Below, one piece after another: positions 11,005 to 20,685 of a DNA stretch of 64,000 bases; position 1 is the stretch's first letter, and each line of letters starts with the position of its first letter. The position numbers and the translations under genes were made by a program. Below the pieces are notes generated by a model. The model saw only the letters and a program-made list of their open reading frames with translations, was not told the DNA's origin and ran no database searches. Source of the stretch: Parcubacteria group bacterium (GTDB lineage: Bacteria > Patescibacteriota > Minisyncoccia > Phycocordibacterales > Phycocordibacteraceae); contig JAQBRE010000002.1 of NCBI GenBank assembly GCA_028286605.1, forward strand, positions 464,065 through 528,064. The letters run 5' to 3'.

Positions 11005-11349
11005 TTATGAGCGAGCTACATTGCAAACTTTGCAGGCCATTACCATGTTTTCAGGATGATCTAAACCACCCTTGCTTTTAGGGATTACATGCTCAATAGT
11101 TGCTGGTGATGTATCCAGTTCATTCGTTCGTACTCCACAATAACAGCAACGCCAATTTTGAGCTTCGCATAAACATACGAAAAACTCCCTACCTAATTTA
11201 AACGCTCTCCAGAAAATTGTTCCATCATGCCTAAAACTGACATCTTCCAAAGCCCATAACAATTCGATATCGAAGCCTTTTTTATCAAGATCAGGACTAG
11301 TTCGTTGCAAAGCTGCACGAATTGCAACTTCTTGGCACGTTGTCTGCAT
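11005..11349 (-). CDS. HNH endonuclease (zinc-binding, McrA-like)
   Basis: CCYC...TIEHVIPKSKGG...N...ACKVCN; GAGGAGG SD before ATG 11349; terminator hairpin downstream. Confidence 0.88.
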   Translation of the reverse strand: MQTTCQEVAIRAALQRTSPDLDKKGFDIELLWALEDVSFRHDGTIFWRAFKLGREFFVCLCEAQNWRCCYCGVRTNELDTSPATIEHVIPKSKGGLDHPENMVMACKVCNVARS

Positions 11350-11384
11350 AGTCAATCCTCCTCTGGACAGAACCCTAACACAGT

Positions 11385-11420
11385 TGCATAAAGGTTCCAA
11401 TATCGTCCCAGACAGCCAGC
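11385..11420 (+). repeat. att-like arm ending in GCCAGC, copy 1
   Basis: 34/36 identity to 52178-52213. Confidence 0.85.
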
Positions 11421-11431
11421 TAGTAAAACAG

Positions 11432-11465
11432 AAAACCGCCCAACGGGAAGCTTTCCGTTGGGCGG
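11432..11465 (-). terminator. Intrinsic terminator
   Basis: CCGCCCAACGG/CCGTTGGGCGG stem followed by a T-run on the minus strand. Confidence 0.75.
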
Positions 11466-11475
11466 CAGTATTGCG

Positions 11476-11592
11476 CTAGATGAGGTTGAAGTAGCGGGCG
11501 ATAAGGGTTTCGCCAAGAGCGATTAAGCCCGTAACACAGAGAACGGTCGCTTGAAACCGTTCCTCTCGCCGCCTTTCCCAGCTCTCAATTTC
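11476..11592 (-). pseudogene. Possible 3' remnant of a small membrane protein gene (EIESWERRREERFQATVLCVTGLIALGETLIARYFNLI*)
   Basis: Open frame ending just before a terminator; no ATG start; 5' end coincides with a 14-bp direct repeat. Confidence 0.4.
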
Positions 11593-11607
11593 CTGAGGGC
11601 TCAGAGG

Positions 11608-11642
11608 GGACAGGGGCGGCCGCTTTGCGGCCGCCCCTGTCC
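11608..11642. other. Perfect 16-bp GC-rich inverted repeat
   Basis: GGACAGGGGCGGCCGC-TTT-GCGGCCGCCCCTGTCC. Confidence 0.8.
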
Positions 11643-11658
11643 TGTTTAGTGGTATAAT

Positions 11659-12615
11659 ATGGCCTATATGGAACCCATGGCCGCAGCTCCCGCACCCGCA
11701 ACTTCGTCAGCAAAAACCTCGCCAAAAGACTTCTTCCTGTGGGCCGGCGTCATCATCGCGCTCTATGGCAGCATCGGTTCGCTCCTTACGCTTCTGTTCG
11801 AGTACATAAACTACGCATTCCCGGATGCGCTCGCAGGATATGTTGATCCGTACAACGGACCGGTCCGCGTCGCTATGGCTGCGCTTATCGTTCTCGTTCC
11901 TACGCTCATCATCCTGCTCCGTATTATTCGCGACACTATCGAGCGCGAACCAGGGAAGGCGAATATCTGGGTTCGTCGCTGGGCACTCGGCCTTACGCTT
12001 TTCATCGCGACGGTAACGATCCTCATAGACCTCATCACGCTCATCAATACGTTCCTGGGCGGTGAAATAACTGAGCGCTTCGGATTGAAGGTGCTTATGG
12101 TTCTGCTCGTTGCCGCCGGCGTGTTCATGCACTTCCTTGCAGACATGTGGGGGTACTGGATCACGAACCCGCGCAAGGCCACTTCGGTGGGTATCGGCGT
12201 ATTCGTACTCGCTATCGCGGTAGTCGTCGCTGGATTCTTTATCATCGGTACGCCGGGCCAGGTGCGCATGCTTCGCCTCGATGCAGAGAAAGTACAGGAT
12301 CTGCAGAACATTCAGAGCCAGATCACAGACTACTGGCAGCAGAACGGAATGCTTCCTGCAGAACTCGGCGCGCTCACTGATTCGCTTTCCCAAATGAGTA
12401 TTCCTGTTGATCCGCAGTCCGGAGCACCATATACGTATAAGGTTGTGAACCAGACCGCATTCCAGCTTTGCGCGATGTTCAGTTCGGCAACTTCGCCGAA
12501 CGACACCATGGAACAGAATTGGCAACATGGCGCAGGCACGGTCTGTTTCGATCGTACGATTGACCCTAAGCGCTATTCAACCGTTTCTCCTGCACATCCG
12601 ATTAAGCCGCTTTAG
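11659..12615 (+). CDS. Multi-pass membrane protein (DUF5671-like) with pilin-like C-terminal domain
   Basis: PKDFFLW, several TM helices, then DLQNIQSQI..YWQ...LP..L...DPQSGAPYTY...FQLCA. Confidence 0.7.
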   Translation: MAYMEPMAAAPAPATSSAKTSPKDFFLWAGVIIALYGSIGSLLTLLFEYINYAFPDALAGYVDPYNGPVRVAMAALIVLVPTLIILLRIIRDTIEREPGKANIWVRRWALGLTLFIATVTILIDLITLINTFLGGEITERFGLKVLMVLLVAAGVFMHFLADMWGYWITNPRKATSVGIGVFVLAIAVVVAGFFIIGTPGQVRMLRLDAEKVQDLQNIQSQITDYWQQNGMLPAELGALTDSLSQMSIPVDPQSGAPYTYKVVNQTAFQLCAMFSSATSPNDTMEQNWQHGAGTVCFDRTIDPKRYSTVSPAHPIKPL

Positions 12616-12636
12616 CGGCTTCGTGCTTTTCGTACC

Positions 12637-15537
12637 ATGGCAAAGAACAGTTTTGATCATCAGGAGATAGAGAAGAAAGCCCAGGCCAAGTGGGAAGCAT
12701 TGAATATATACGAGAGCGATCTTACGGACACGACGAAAGATCCGTTCTACCTTCTGTTTGAATTCCCGTATCCGTCAGGCGATCTGCATGTGGGGCATTG
12801 GTATGCCTTCGCACTAACCGACATATACGCGCGTTTCCTGCGTATGAAGGGAAAGAATGTGTTGTTTCCTATCGGCTTTGATGCCTTCGGCTTGCCTGCG
12901 GAGAACGCGGCGATAAAGAACGGCGTGAACCCGCGTGATTGGACGTATGCGAACATGGAACGCATGCGTGCGCAGATACGAACGATGGGAACCTCCGTGG
13001 ACTGGAACAAGGAAGTGGTGACCTGCAGCCCTGAATACTACAAGTGGACGCAATGGCTCTTCGCGAAGCTGTATGAGCACAAGCTTGCCGAGCGTCGTAA
13101 TGCATCGGTGAAGTGGTGCCCACATGACCTAACCGTACTCGCGAACGAGCAGGTTATCGATGGTCACTGCGAACGCTGCGGAAGCGTCGTTGAAGAGAAG
13201 TTCCTTACGCAGTGGTTCCTCAAGATCACTGAATACGCCGAACGCTTGCTTACAGATTTGGAACCGCTTCCATGGCGTGAAGATATAAAAGATGCCCAGC
13301 GCGCATGGATAGGAAAGTCTGAAGGCGCGAAGCTTCGCTTCCAGGTGGTGAATGCCGACACGGCGATGGCACCCATAAGCAGTGCAGAAGGCTCAACTGC
13401 AATCGAGGTGTTCACCACGCGCCCTGATACGATATTCGGCGCAACCTATGTAGTGCTCGCCCCGGAACACGCACTTATTGATACATTGATGCCGGTATTC
13501 ACGAATGCAGACGCCGTCAACGCATATCGCGAAACGACTGCACGAAAGACGGAGCGCGAGCGCTCCGAGAATAAGGAGAAGACCGGCGTGCGGCTTGAAG
13601 GCGTAATGGCGGTCAACCCTGCAACGCTGAAAGAGATTCCCATCTACGTCGCAGACTATGTGCTCGGTTCATACGGAACTGGCGCCGTTATGGCCGTACC
13701 TGCGCATGATGAACGTGATTTCGCATTCGCGCAGAAGTTCGATCTCCCTATCGTGCATGTTATTGATCCTGTCACGGGTGAGAAACAGGAGAATCCAACG
13801 GATAAAGCAAAGATTGTCGCACTCGTTGAGAACGCTAAGGGCGAAGTTCTTACCATTCACTGGAAGCCTGAACTTGGCGGGCGATTGCTTGTTGGCGGCA
13901 CTGCAGAAGAGGGCGAAGAGGCAAGCGTAACCGCAGCTCGTGAGATTACAGAAGAAACCGGCTATGCAGACCTTGAACTTGTTGAGCAGGCAGATGAGCA
14001 GGTCCATCATGAATACTTCGCATTCTCGAAGAACAAGGCATGGATAGCGCATTCGACGCTCCTTCACTTCAAGCTGAAGAGCGAGAAGCAGAACGAACAG
14101 GCGCTTGAGGAAGATGAGAAAGGAAAGTTTACGGTTGAGTGGGTTACGCCTGAAGTGGCGGCGCGCGAGATACATGACGAGCTTCACGAATACGTACTAC
14201 AGCGCTTCACGAACTATCAGCCGTATACCGGTAATGGATTACTCCGTAACTCGGGTTCATTCGATGGCCGCAGCAATCAGGAGGTCATGAATGAGATCGT
14301 CGCTGCAGTCGGCGGCGAGATAACGACGAACTATCGCATTCGCGACTGGCTCGTCTCGCGTCAGCGCTATTGGGGATGCCCGATTCCTGTCGTCTATGAT
14401 CCGGAAGGGAATGCGCACCTTGTTCCGACCGAGCACCTACCGTGGCTGCTTCCGGAAGATGTGGACTTTACGCCCGGCGCCGGAGGCGCCGGTAATTCCC
14501 CGCTCGCGACGAGTAAAGAACTTAAAGAGCGCGTCGAGCGCTTGTTCGGCGAAGGCTGGACGCCTGAATATGACACGCTCGATACATTCGTGGATTCTTC
14601 CTGGTATTTCCTTCGGTATCTAGATTCGAAGGACGATCACGATTTCTCGGACCCTGCCATGATGAAGCAATGGCTTCCGGTTAATCGCTATGCCGGCGGC
14701 GCAGAGCATACCACTATGCATCTTCTGTATGCGCGTTTCTTCCAGAAGGCACTGTTCGATCTTGCTCTCGTTCCCACCGCCGAGCCATTTTTCGAACGAT
14801 ACAACCGTGGACTCGTTATGGGTCCTGACGGCCAGAAGATGTCTAAATCGAAAGGGAACGTCATTAACCCTGATGAAGTGGTGGAGAAATACGGCGCAGA
14901 TACTGTGCGCATGTATCTCGCCTTCCTTGGTCCGTACAACGAACCGGGTAATTATCCCTGGAAGCCTGAAGGCGTATTCGCGATGCGAAAGTTCCTGGAC
15001 CGCATCGTCGCCCTTTCCCAGCGCCTCTCGGACGAAGAACCGAATGATGCGACACTGCGCGCCCTTGCTAAGGCAACCGAGAAAGTGGCCCTTGATACCG
15101 AACGCTTCAAGCTGAACACGGCAATCTCTACTCTTATGGTGCTTACGAACGAGCTTGAGGCTTTAGCTTCGGTTCCGAAGAGCGCATATCTTCAGTTGGT
15201 GACGATACTCGCACCCTATGCGCCGCACGTGGCTGAATACCTATTCGAGAGTACGCAGCTAACCAGCACGCATACGGAAATCGATTCCGCGGGTACAAGC
15301 ATCCATCAGCAGCTCTGGCCTGAGGTTGATGAAGCGATGCTGACCAGCGAAACTATCACTATGGGCGTGCAGATCGCTGGAAAACGCCGCGGGGAAGTGA
15401 CGTTGAGCCCTGAAGCGAGCGAAGAAGAAGCGCTTGCGGCAGCCCTTGGGGTGCCAGAAGTGCAGAAGTACCTGGAGGGCCGGCTGCCGGCCCGGGTGAT
15501 ATATGTTCCAGGTCGTATATTGAACCTGATACTCTAG
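12637..15537 (+). CDS. leuS: Leucyl-tRNA synthetase with inserted NUDIX domain
   Basis: FPYPSG, HVGH, FTTRPDT, GAVMAVPAHD, SRQRYWG, KMSKS; Nudix box near 13894-13965. Confidence 0.98.
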   Translation: MAKNSFDHQEIEKKAQAKWEALNIYESDLTDTTKDPFYLLFEFPYPSGDLHVGHWYAFALTDIYARFLRMKGKNVLFPIGFDAFGLPAENAAIKNGVNPRDWTYANMERMRAQIRTMGTSVDWNKEVVTCSPEYYKWTQWLFAKLYEHKLAERRNASVKWCPHDLTVLANEQVIDGHCERCGSVVEEKFLTQWFLKITEYAERLLTDLEPLPWREDIKDAQRAWIGKSEGAKLRFQVVNADTAMAPISSAEGSTAIEVFTTRPDTIFGATYVVLAPEHALIDTLMPVFTNADAVNAYRETTARKTERERSENKEKTGVRLEGVMAVNPATLKEIPIYVADYVLGSYGTGAVMAVPAHDERDFAFAQKFDLPIVHVIDPVTGEKQENPTDKAKIVALVENAKGEVLTIHWKPELGGRLLVGGTAEEGEEASVTAAREITEETGYADLELVEQADEQVHHEYFAFSKNKAWIAHSTLLHFKLKSEKQNEQALEEDEKGKFTVEWVTPEVAAREIHDELHEYVLQRFTNYQPYTGNGLLRNSGSFDGRSNQEVMNEIVAAVGGEITTNYRIRDWLVSRQRYWGCPIPVVYDPEGNAHLVPTEHLPWLLPEDVDFTPGAGGAGNSPLATSKELKERVERLFGEGWTPEYDTLDTFVDSSWYFLRYLDSKDDHDFSDPAMMKQWLPVNRYAGGAEHTTMHLLYARFFQKALFDLALVPTAEPFFERYNRGLVMGPDGQKMSKSKGNVINPDEVVEKYGADTVRMYLAFLGPYNEPGNYPWKPEGVFAMRKFLDRIVALSQRLSDEEPNDATLRALAKATEKVALDTERFKLNTAISTLMVLTNELEALASVPKSAYLQLVTILAPYAPHVAEYLFESTQLTSTHTEIDSAGTSIHQQLWPEVDEAMLTSETITMGVQIAGKRRGEVTLSPEASEEEALAAALGVPEVQKYLEGRLPARVIYVPGRILNLIL

Positions 15538-15570
15538 ACATTTGATATAAATGTGCTGTTTTGTATAGAA

Positions 15571-15599
15571 AAAATACCGCCTACCTAGGCGGTATTTTT
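15571..15599. terminator. Bidirectional terminator after leuS
   Basis: AAAATACCGCCTA-CC-TAGGCGGTATTTT. Confidence 0.8.
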
Positions 15600-15697
15600 G
15601 TCCCCTTCACCCATAAAACAGGCCAAAAGGACTTGACGCGAAGGACTGGACATGCTACCTTATTGGAGTAAGAGCGCCGCAAGGCGTTTTTGCGTTT

Positions 15698-16309
15698 ATG
15701 CCTTTTCTGATATCAACCCTGGTGGGTTTAATGGTTCTACCGGCTAGCCTCACAGCGCCGATGCCCGCAGCAGTTGTCGCTTCTACAACCGTAGCAGTAA
15801 CGACCGCCCCGACGAGCTTCAAACCTGTGGTGCCTGGCACAAAGGAAGCTACCACTCCCTTTACGGTCAAACTCACCGCTTATAACGCCGTGCCTTCACA
15901 AACGGATGCAAACCCCTTTGTGACGGCAAGCGGCTCGTTCTCGAATCCCGAAGTCGTAGCAGCCCGTTCAGGCGACCTTGCGAGTGATCTTCCTTACGGA
16001 ACGATCATCGCGATCGAGCGATCCGGCAGCGACACCCCCAGCTGTAATTACAGCAAGGTGCAGCAGCAGATCGGTTATCGCGTTATCGCAGATGCCATGA
16101 ACACTCGTATCACGAATACGGTCGACGTGCTTCTCGACCAGAATGATACGGTGCCGCTCGATGGAAAGGAGGTTAATCCGGGCAAAGCGCTCGGCTTGTG
16201 CGGGAAGGTTACGATTCGCGTCGTAGGCCATATTGCGGTCAAGGATATTCCTAAGACCCAGGCTGAACTCGCGGCATTCGTCGCTCCTCCCGTGCTTGCA
16301 ACCCGCTAA
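15698..16309 (+). CDS. Secreted 3D/RlpA-like double-psi barrel protein
   Basis: Signal peptide; TAYN...QTD..PF.TASG...LPYGT...ADAM..R..N.VD. Confidence 0.75.
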   Translation: MPFLISTLVGLMVLPASLTAPMPAAVVASTTVAVTTAPTSFKPVVPGTKEATTPFTVKLTAYNAVPSQTDANPFVTASGSFSNPEVVAARSGDLASDLPYGTIIAIERSGSDTPSCNYSKVQQQIGYRVIADAMNTRITNTVDVLLDQNDTVPLDGKEVNPGKALGLCGKVTIRVVGHIAVKDIPKTQAELAAFVAPPVLATR

Positions 16310-16437
16310 TCTTTTCAGCGCAATGAAAAACTACACACCCGATTAATCCTCGGGCGTGTAGTTTTTTGCATATAATCTTCATGAAGTATGTGTAAGAGTG
16401 TGTGGCCAAAGCCGTCTCAATAAAATATACTCTTTAT

Positions 16438-18093
16438 ATGATTACGAAACGCTCTTTCTTCCTCGTGCTGGCCATTGTTTTTTCTTTTTCTATAATGGCG
16501 CCTGCCACATACGCGGCAACCACTTCAAAAACCACTTTCGTCAGCGTGCTTAAGACTGGCTCATCAGGTGCCGAAGTGACAGCACTTCAGAAAGCACTTG
16601 CGGCGCAGGGCTATTTTAAAGCAACAGCGAACGGTAACTTTGGCCCTGCAACCATGGCTGCGCTCGAGAAGTTCCAGACGGCTCACAAGATCTCTCCCGT
16701 AGGCTACACGGGCCCTTCAACGCGTACCGCTCTTAATTCGCTCAAGGCAGGAACATCCGTATCTACGACAACATCAGTACCAACTACCACCACAACGGCA
16801 ACGACCCCAGCCACACAGCTTGCGGCCCTACAGGCAATGGTCGCAGCCCTTCAGGCACAGCTTGCTAGCACATCAGGCTCAACTTCAACAACGAACACTT
16901 CTACGCCTTCTGTAGCGATAAAGCCGACTCCATCTAACGGCGGACAGTTCGAAGTATCAGGCTGGATTCCGTATTGGGCTGAAGCAAAAGCTGTTGCTGA
17001 CGTTACGCCCCACCTTTCTGAGCTTACAGAGATTAATCCCTTCGGATTCAGCGTGAAGACAGACGGAACGCTTGCAGATACCCTCACTATTGAAGACCCG
17101 ACCTGGCAGGCGCTTATTGTCCAGGCACGCGCACAGAATGTACGTGTCGTCGCGACCATCATGTGGAGCGATACCGGTTCCATTCACAATGTGCTTTCCA
17201 ACCCGACGCTCCGCGCAACGCATATCCAGAGCATCGTGGATACGGTGAACAAATATAATCTTGATGGCGTCGATATCGACTATGAGGGCAAGCTCGCTTC
17301 CGATAAGGATAATTACTCCGCCTTCCTGCGCGAGCTGAACGCTGCACTCGCTGCACAGACCAAGAACAAGTGGCTCGAATGTACTATCGAGGCTCGCACG
17401 CCGCCCGATTCGCTCAATACGAGCGTCGCGCTCAGCGATATTCAGTATGCGAACGACTACAACGTCATAAACCAGTATTGCGACCGTGTTCGCCTCATGA
17501 CCTACGACCAGGACTCCGCAGACCTGAAGCTTGATGCAGCGAATAAAGGCCAGCTGTATGCGCCTATCGCAGACCCAGCATGGATCCAGAAAGTAGTAGC
17601 GCTTACAGAGCAGACTATCGATAAGAATAAGATAGAACTCGGTATCGCGACGTACGGCTACATCTATCAGGTCATGCCAACGACCGATGGCAGCGATTAC
17701 GACTACACGCTTCTTGAGGCCTTTAATCCGGGCTACGCAACGCAAATCGAGCAGCAGTATGGCATCACGCCGACCCGCATGCCAGACGGCGAGATGTCGC
17801 TAACCTACGTACCGAAGGAAACAGTCTCCGCGCTGCCTTCTAACTCGCTTCTTTCCGCGCTGGCGCCGAAGGGAACATCGAATGGCAGCCTTGCTGCAGC
17901 AGGAGCGCTCGCGCTCGCGCAGACGAGCGGCAAGCAGTCTCCAGTACAGGTTCTCTGGTGGAGCGATGCACAGGCGATACAGCAGAAAGTAGCGCTGGCA
18001 AAATCACTCGGCCTGCGCGGCGTATCTATCTTCAAATTCGATGGCGGCGAGGATCCTGCAATGTGGAGCGTCCTTCAGGGTGCGAAGCAGTAA
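16438..18093 (+). CDS. GH18 glycoside hydrolase with peptidoglycan-binding domain
   Basis: LKTGSSGAEVTALQKAL PG-binding motif, Thr-rich linker, DGVDIDYE, LMTYD. Confidence 0.9.
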   Translation: MITKRSFFLVLAIVFSFSIMAPATYAATTSKTTFVSVLKTGSSGAEVTALQKALAAQGYFKATANGNFGPATMAALEKFQTAHKISPVGYTGPSTRTALNSLKAGTSVSTTTSVPTTTTTATTPATQLAALQAMVAALQAQLASTSGSTSTTNTSTPSVAIKPTPSNGGQFEVSGWIPYWAEAKAVADVTPHLSELTEINPFGFSVKTDGTLADTLTIEDPTWQALIVQARAQNVRVVATIMWSDTGSIHNVLSNPTLRATHIQSIVDTVNKYNLDGVDIDYEGKLASDKDNYSAFLRELNAALAAQTKNKWLECTIEARTPPDSLNTSVALSDIQYANDYNVINQYCDRVRLMTYDQDSADLKLDAANKGQLYAPIADPAWIQKVVALTEQTIDKNKIELGIATYGYIYQVMPTTDGSDYDYTLLEAFNPGYATQIEQQYGITPTRMPDGEMSLTYVPKETVSALPSNSLLSALAPKGTSNGSLAAAGALALAQTSGKQSPVQVLWWSDAQAIQQKVALAKSLGLRGVSIFKFDGGEDPAMWSVLQGAKQ

Positions 18094-18136
18094 GGAATAG
18101 GCTACACTGTTCGCACTACTAGTAGCGATATTCTTC

Positions 18137-18571
18137 ATGGCAAGCAAGTTCGTTCCGGGCGATTACATACTGACGCCGAAGCGCTCCAGCGCCGGTATTG
18201 GTTTATTCGCAGGGCAGGATATTCCGAAAGGCGTCTGCGTTATCGAATATGTTGGCAAAGAGGTCCCTGAAGCAGATCAGTACACCAACAAGAGTCGCTA
18301 CCTATTCGGTATCGGTGAAAAACGCATGGTGGATGGGAAGCCGAAGATAAATAAGGCGGGCTATATCAATCATTCCTGCGCAGCGAATTGCGAGCCTGAA
18401 ATATACAAGGGCCGCATCTTCATCATGTCTAAGAAAACGATCAAGAAAGGCGAGGAGCTTACCTACGACTACGGCGCAGAGTATTTCAATGACATCATCC
18501 TTGGCGATGGCGGCTGCAAGTGCGCGAAGTGCGCCGTTACCGGAAACGGTCAGAAGAAGCGACGAGCCTAA
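18137..18571 (+). CDS. SET domain protein
   Basis: GIGLFA; YINHSC; GEELTYDYG; post-SET CKCAKC. Confidence 0.93.
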   Translation: MASKFVPGDYILTPKRSSAGIGLFAGQDIPKGVCVIEYVGKEVPEADQYTNKSRYLFGIGEKRMVDGKPKINKAGYINHSCAANCEPEIYKGRIFIMSKKTIKKGEELTYDYGAEYFNDIILGDGGCKCAKCAVTGNGQKKRRA

Positions 18572-18660
18572 TAAGGCTCGTGTTAACAAAACGCCGAGCT
18601 GTGCTCGGCGTTTTGCGTGTATTAATTGAAGAAGGAGATCAGATAGCCGTTTATCTCGCG

Positions 18661-19503
18661 CTAATCCAGGTCATAAAAGTTCTGGCCTTCTACGTGGAGC
18701 TTGGTGGCAAGGTCTATGCCCACATAACGCCAATGCCATGGCTCGTATTCGTAATACGAATTCCCTTTCGGATACGAAAGGATGAAGCCGTATTGATACG
18801 CATTTGCCTCGAGCCACGTGTAGGTGCTTGTTTTCTCGAAGCCAGTGAAGGTTCCGCCGACTTTCGTTGTGGTGAGGTCGAAGGCAGTGCCCAGCTGGTG
18901 CTCTGAATAGCCCTGATCCGCAGAGAATGAGTTCGCCGTGCCTGCGCCATACGTAACCTTATATTCGCTCTTCAGAGCCGCCTGCGTGCCGAATGAGCGG
19001 TATCCAGAGGCCACGAGCATGTCTACACCGCTTGCTCGTGCTGCATCGAGCATCGCGTACAGATGACCCTGTATAGGTGCGAGCGTCTGCACGGTGCGTG
19101 TCGGCTCGTATAGATATTTCGAATCGATATCTGCAATGGAAGCTGGAGTGTAATTCTCATTCAAGAAATAGACTTTCGAATACTTTGCAAGGAGCTGCGG
19201 GTCTGTCTTTGAAAGCTGGTCCAATTGCCCCACCGTGCCGCTTATCTGTGAGATCTGCTTTTCGAACGTCTGATTCTTATTCTGCTCAGCCGTTAGCGCA
19301 TCCTGCAGTGAATTTCGATCCTGAGTGGTGCGTGCAAGAGTAGCCTGCAACGCATCCTCTGCCGCAGTCGTTGAAGCCAGATTGCTCTGTGCGATGCTCG
19401 CTACGGTGTATTCGTGATAAAGCGCATATCCGCCGCCCAAAAGAATCAGTACCGCCAGTACTGCAGGAACAAGAACACGTGCGGAGAAAGCCATTGCTCC
19501 CAT
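18661..19503 (-). CDS. M15B D-Ala-D-Ala carboxypeptidase (VanY-like), membrane anchored
   Basis: SGYRS; SEHQLGTAFD; EPWHWRYVG; TM and coiled coil. Confidence 0.92.
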   Translation of the reverse strand: MGAMAFSARVLVPAVLAVLILLGGGYALYHEYTVASIAQSNLASTTAAEDALQATLARTTQDRNSLQDALTAEQNKNQTFEKQISQISGTVGQLDQLSKTDPQLLAKYSKVYFLNENYTPASIADIDSKYLYEPTRTVQTLAPIQGHLYAMLDAARASGVDMLVASGYRSFGTQAALKSEYKVTYGAGTANSFSADQGYSEHQLGTAFDLTTTKVGGTFTGFEKTSTYTWLEANAYQYGFILSYPKGNSYYEYEPWHWRYVGIDLATKLHVEGQNFYDLD

Positions 19504-19535
19504 CCTCGCACGCAGTCCCTGACCCGTCTATGCGG

Positions 19536-19778
19536 CTAGGAATGCAGCGTTTGGCGGCTTCGTAGGGTGTTCTTGTACAGAAGGACCGTTCGTTCGCCTA
19601 GCTCATGGTAGAGGGTATGAGCCATGGTGAGGACTAGGGAAAGACGGGCGCGAAGCGCCCGATCAAACTCTGGATACAAAGCAAAGATCACACCGAAAGC
19701 ACCCAGCACGATGGCAAGGAAGAAGAGTCCGAATGTCCCAGCTAACAGAATGAAGGTTATTCGCTCGTATAGATGCAT
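19536..19778 (-). CDS. Small membrane hypothetical protein
   Basis: One long hydrophobic helix; CATACT 8 nt upstream of ATG. Confidence 0.55.
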   Translation of the reverse strand: MHLYERITFILLAGTFGLFFLAIVLGAFGVIFALYPEFDRALRARLSLVLTMAHTLYHELGERTVLLYKNTLRSRQTLHS

Positions 19779-19830
19779 ATGCGCGCAGTATGCATATTTG
19801 GGCCTAAAGGGTCAATGAAGACCTGAACGG

Positions 19831-20511
19831 CTACGGGTATCCGGGGTAATACTCGATCTTAATGTCATCCACCCACTCAGTGCCTGGAATAACACTTAAC
19901 ACCTTACCGAAAATCCTTGAATCCTCCTGATTCACCGGAATAGGCTGATACGTACCGTAATGATTCTGCGGATTCAAGTACACCATTTCATCTATCTTTC
20001 GATACTGCTTGATAACGGCCATGTTACCGAGTACCGCAACCACTTGGTCTCCGTCGCTCACTTCTTCGGTTACCTCAACTATTACGTAGTCGCCGCTGCG
20101 GATACCTGCATCGATCATACTGTCGCCAACTGCACGAACCGCTGCAAGATTCTTCTTGGTGCCAACCAAGCGGCTATCGATAGCGATGAATTCTCCGAAC
20201 TCATTCTGCGCGAACACCTCAACAGCATCACACCCTGCAGAAGCGATGACAGGAATCTGAATGATGCCTGAGTGCGCGAAAGGGAATTCAGTATCAAGGA
20301 TAGTGATGCTGCGATGCTGGTTGCGGTCGCGCTTCGTAAAGCCTTTTCGTTCTAATGATTCAAGACGCTGCGTAACGCTGCGAAGCGAGCGTAGATTCAG
20401 GCCGATACGCATTTCAGTAATGGTCGGAGCCTGCTGATTTTTCGCAAAATACTGCTTTATAAAATTGAGCGTTTCTTCCTGTGCACCGGTGAGAATATTG
20501 TGCGTTGCCAT
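19831..20511 (-). CDS. lexA: LexA-family repressor
   Basis: N-terminal wHTH (LT..Q...PTI.E), A-G cleavage site (SAG), VGDSM..AGI..GD, catalytic Lys (VIK). Confidence 0.9.
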   Translation of the reverse strand: MATHNILTGAQEETLNFIKQYFAKNQQAPTITEMRIGLNLRSLRSVTQRLESLERKGFTKRDRNQHRSITILDTEFPFAHSGIIQIPVIASAGCDAVEVFAQNEFGEFIAIDSRLVGTKKNLAAVRAVGDSMIDAGIRSGDYVIVEVTEEVSDGDQVVAVLGNMAVIKQYRKIDEMVYLNPQNHYGTYQPIPVNQEDSRIFGKVLSVIPGTEWVDDIKIEYYPGYP

Positions 20512-20685
20512 ATATCTACAAGATACACCCATCACGCATGCATGTTGTATGTTATCCACACAATTTGCACACAACATACACAACTTTACTGCACAGGTAA
20601 AAAGAAAAACCGCTCCTCCTCCTGTGTCTCGCAATAAATGCGATAGCAGGAAGAGGGCGATTTTCAGATTGGCTTGCGCCATAGA

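Noticed and set aside
20552-20560. Replication origin from a DnaA box
   Set aside because: It is a single TTATCCACA with no box cluster, unwinding element or dnaA/dnaN nearby.
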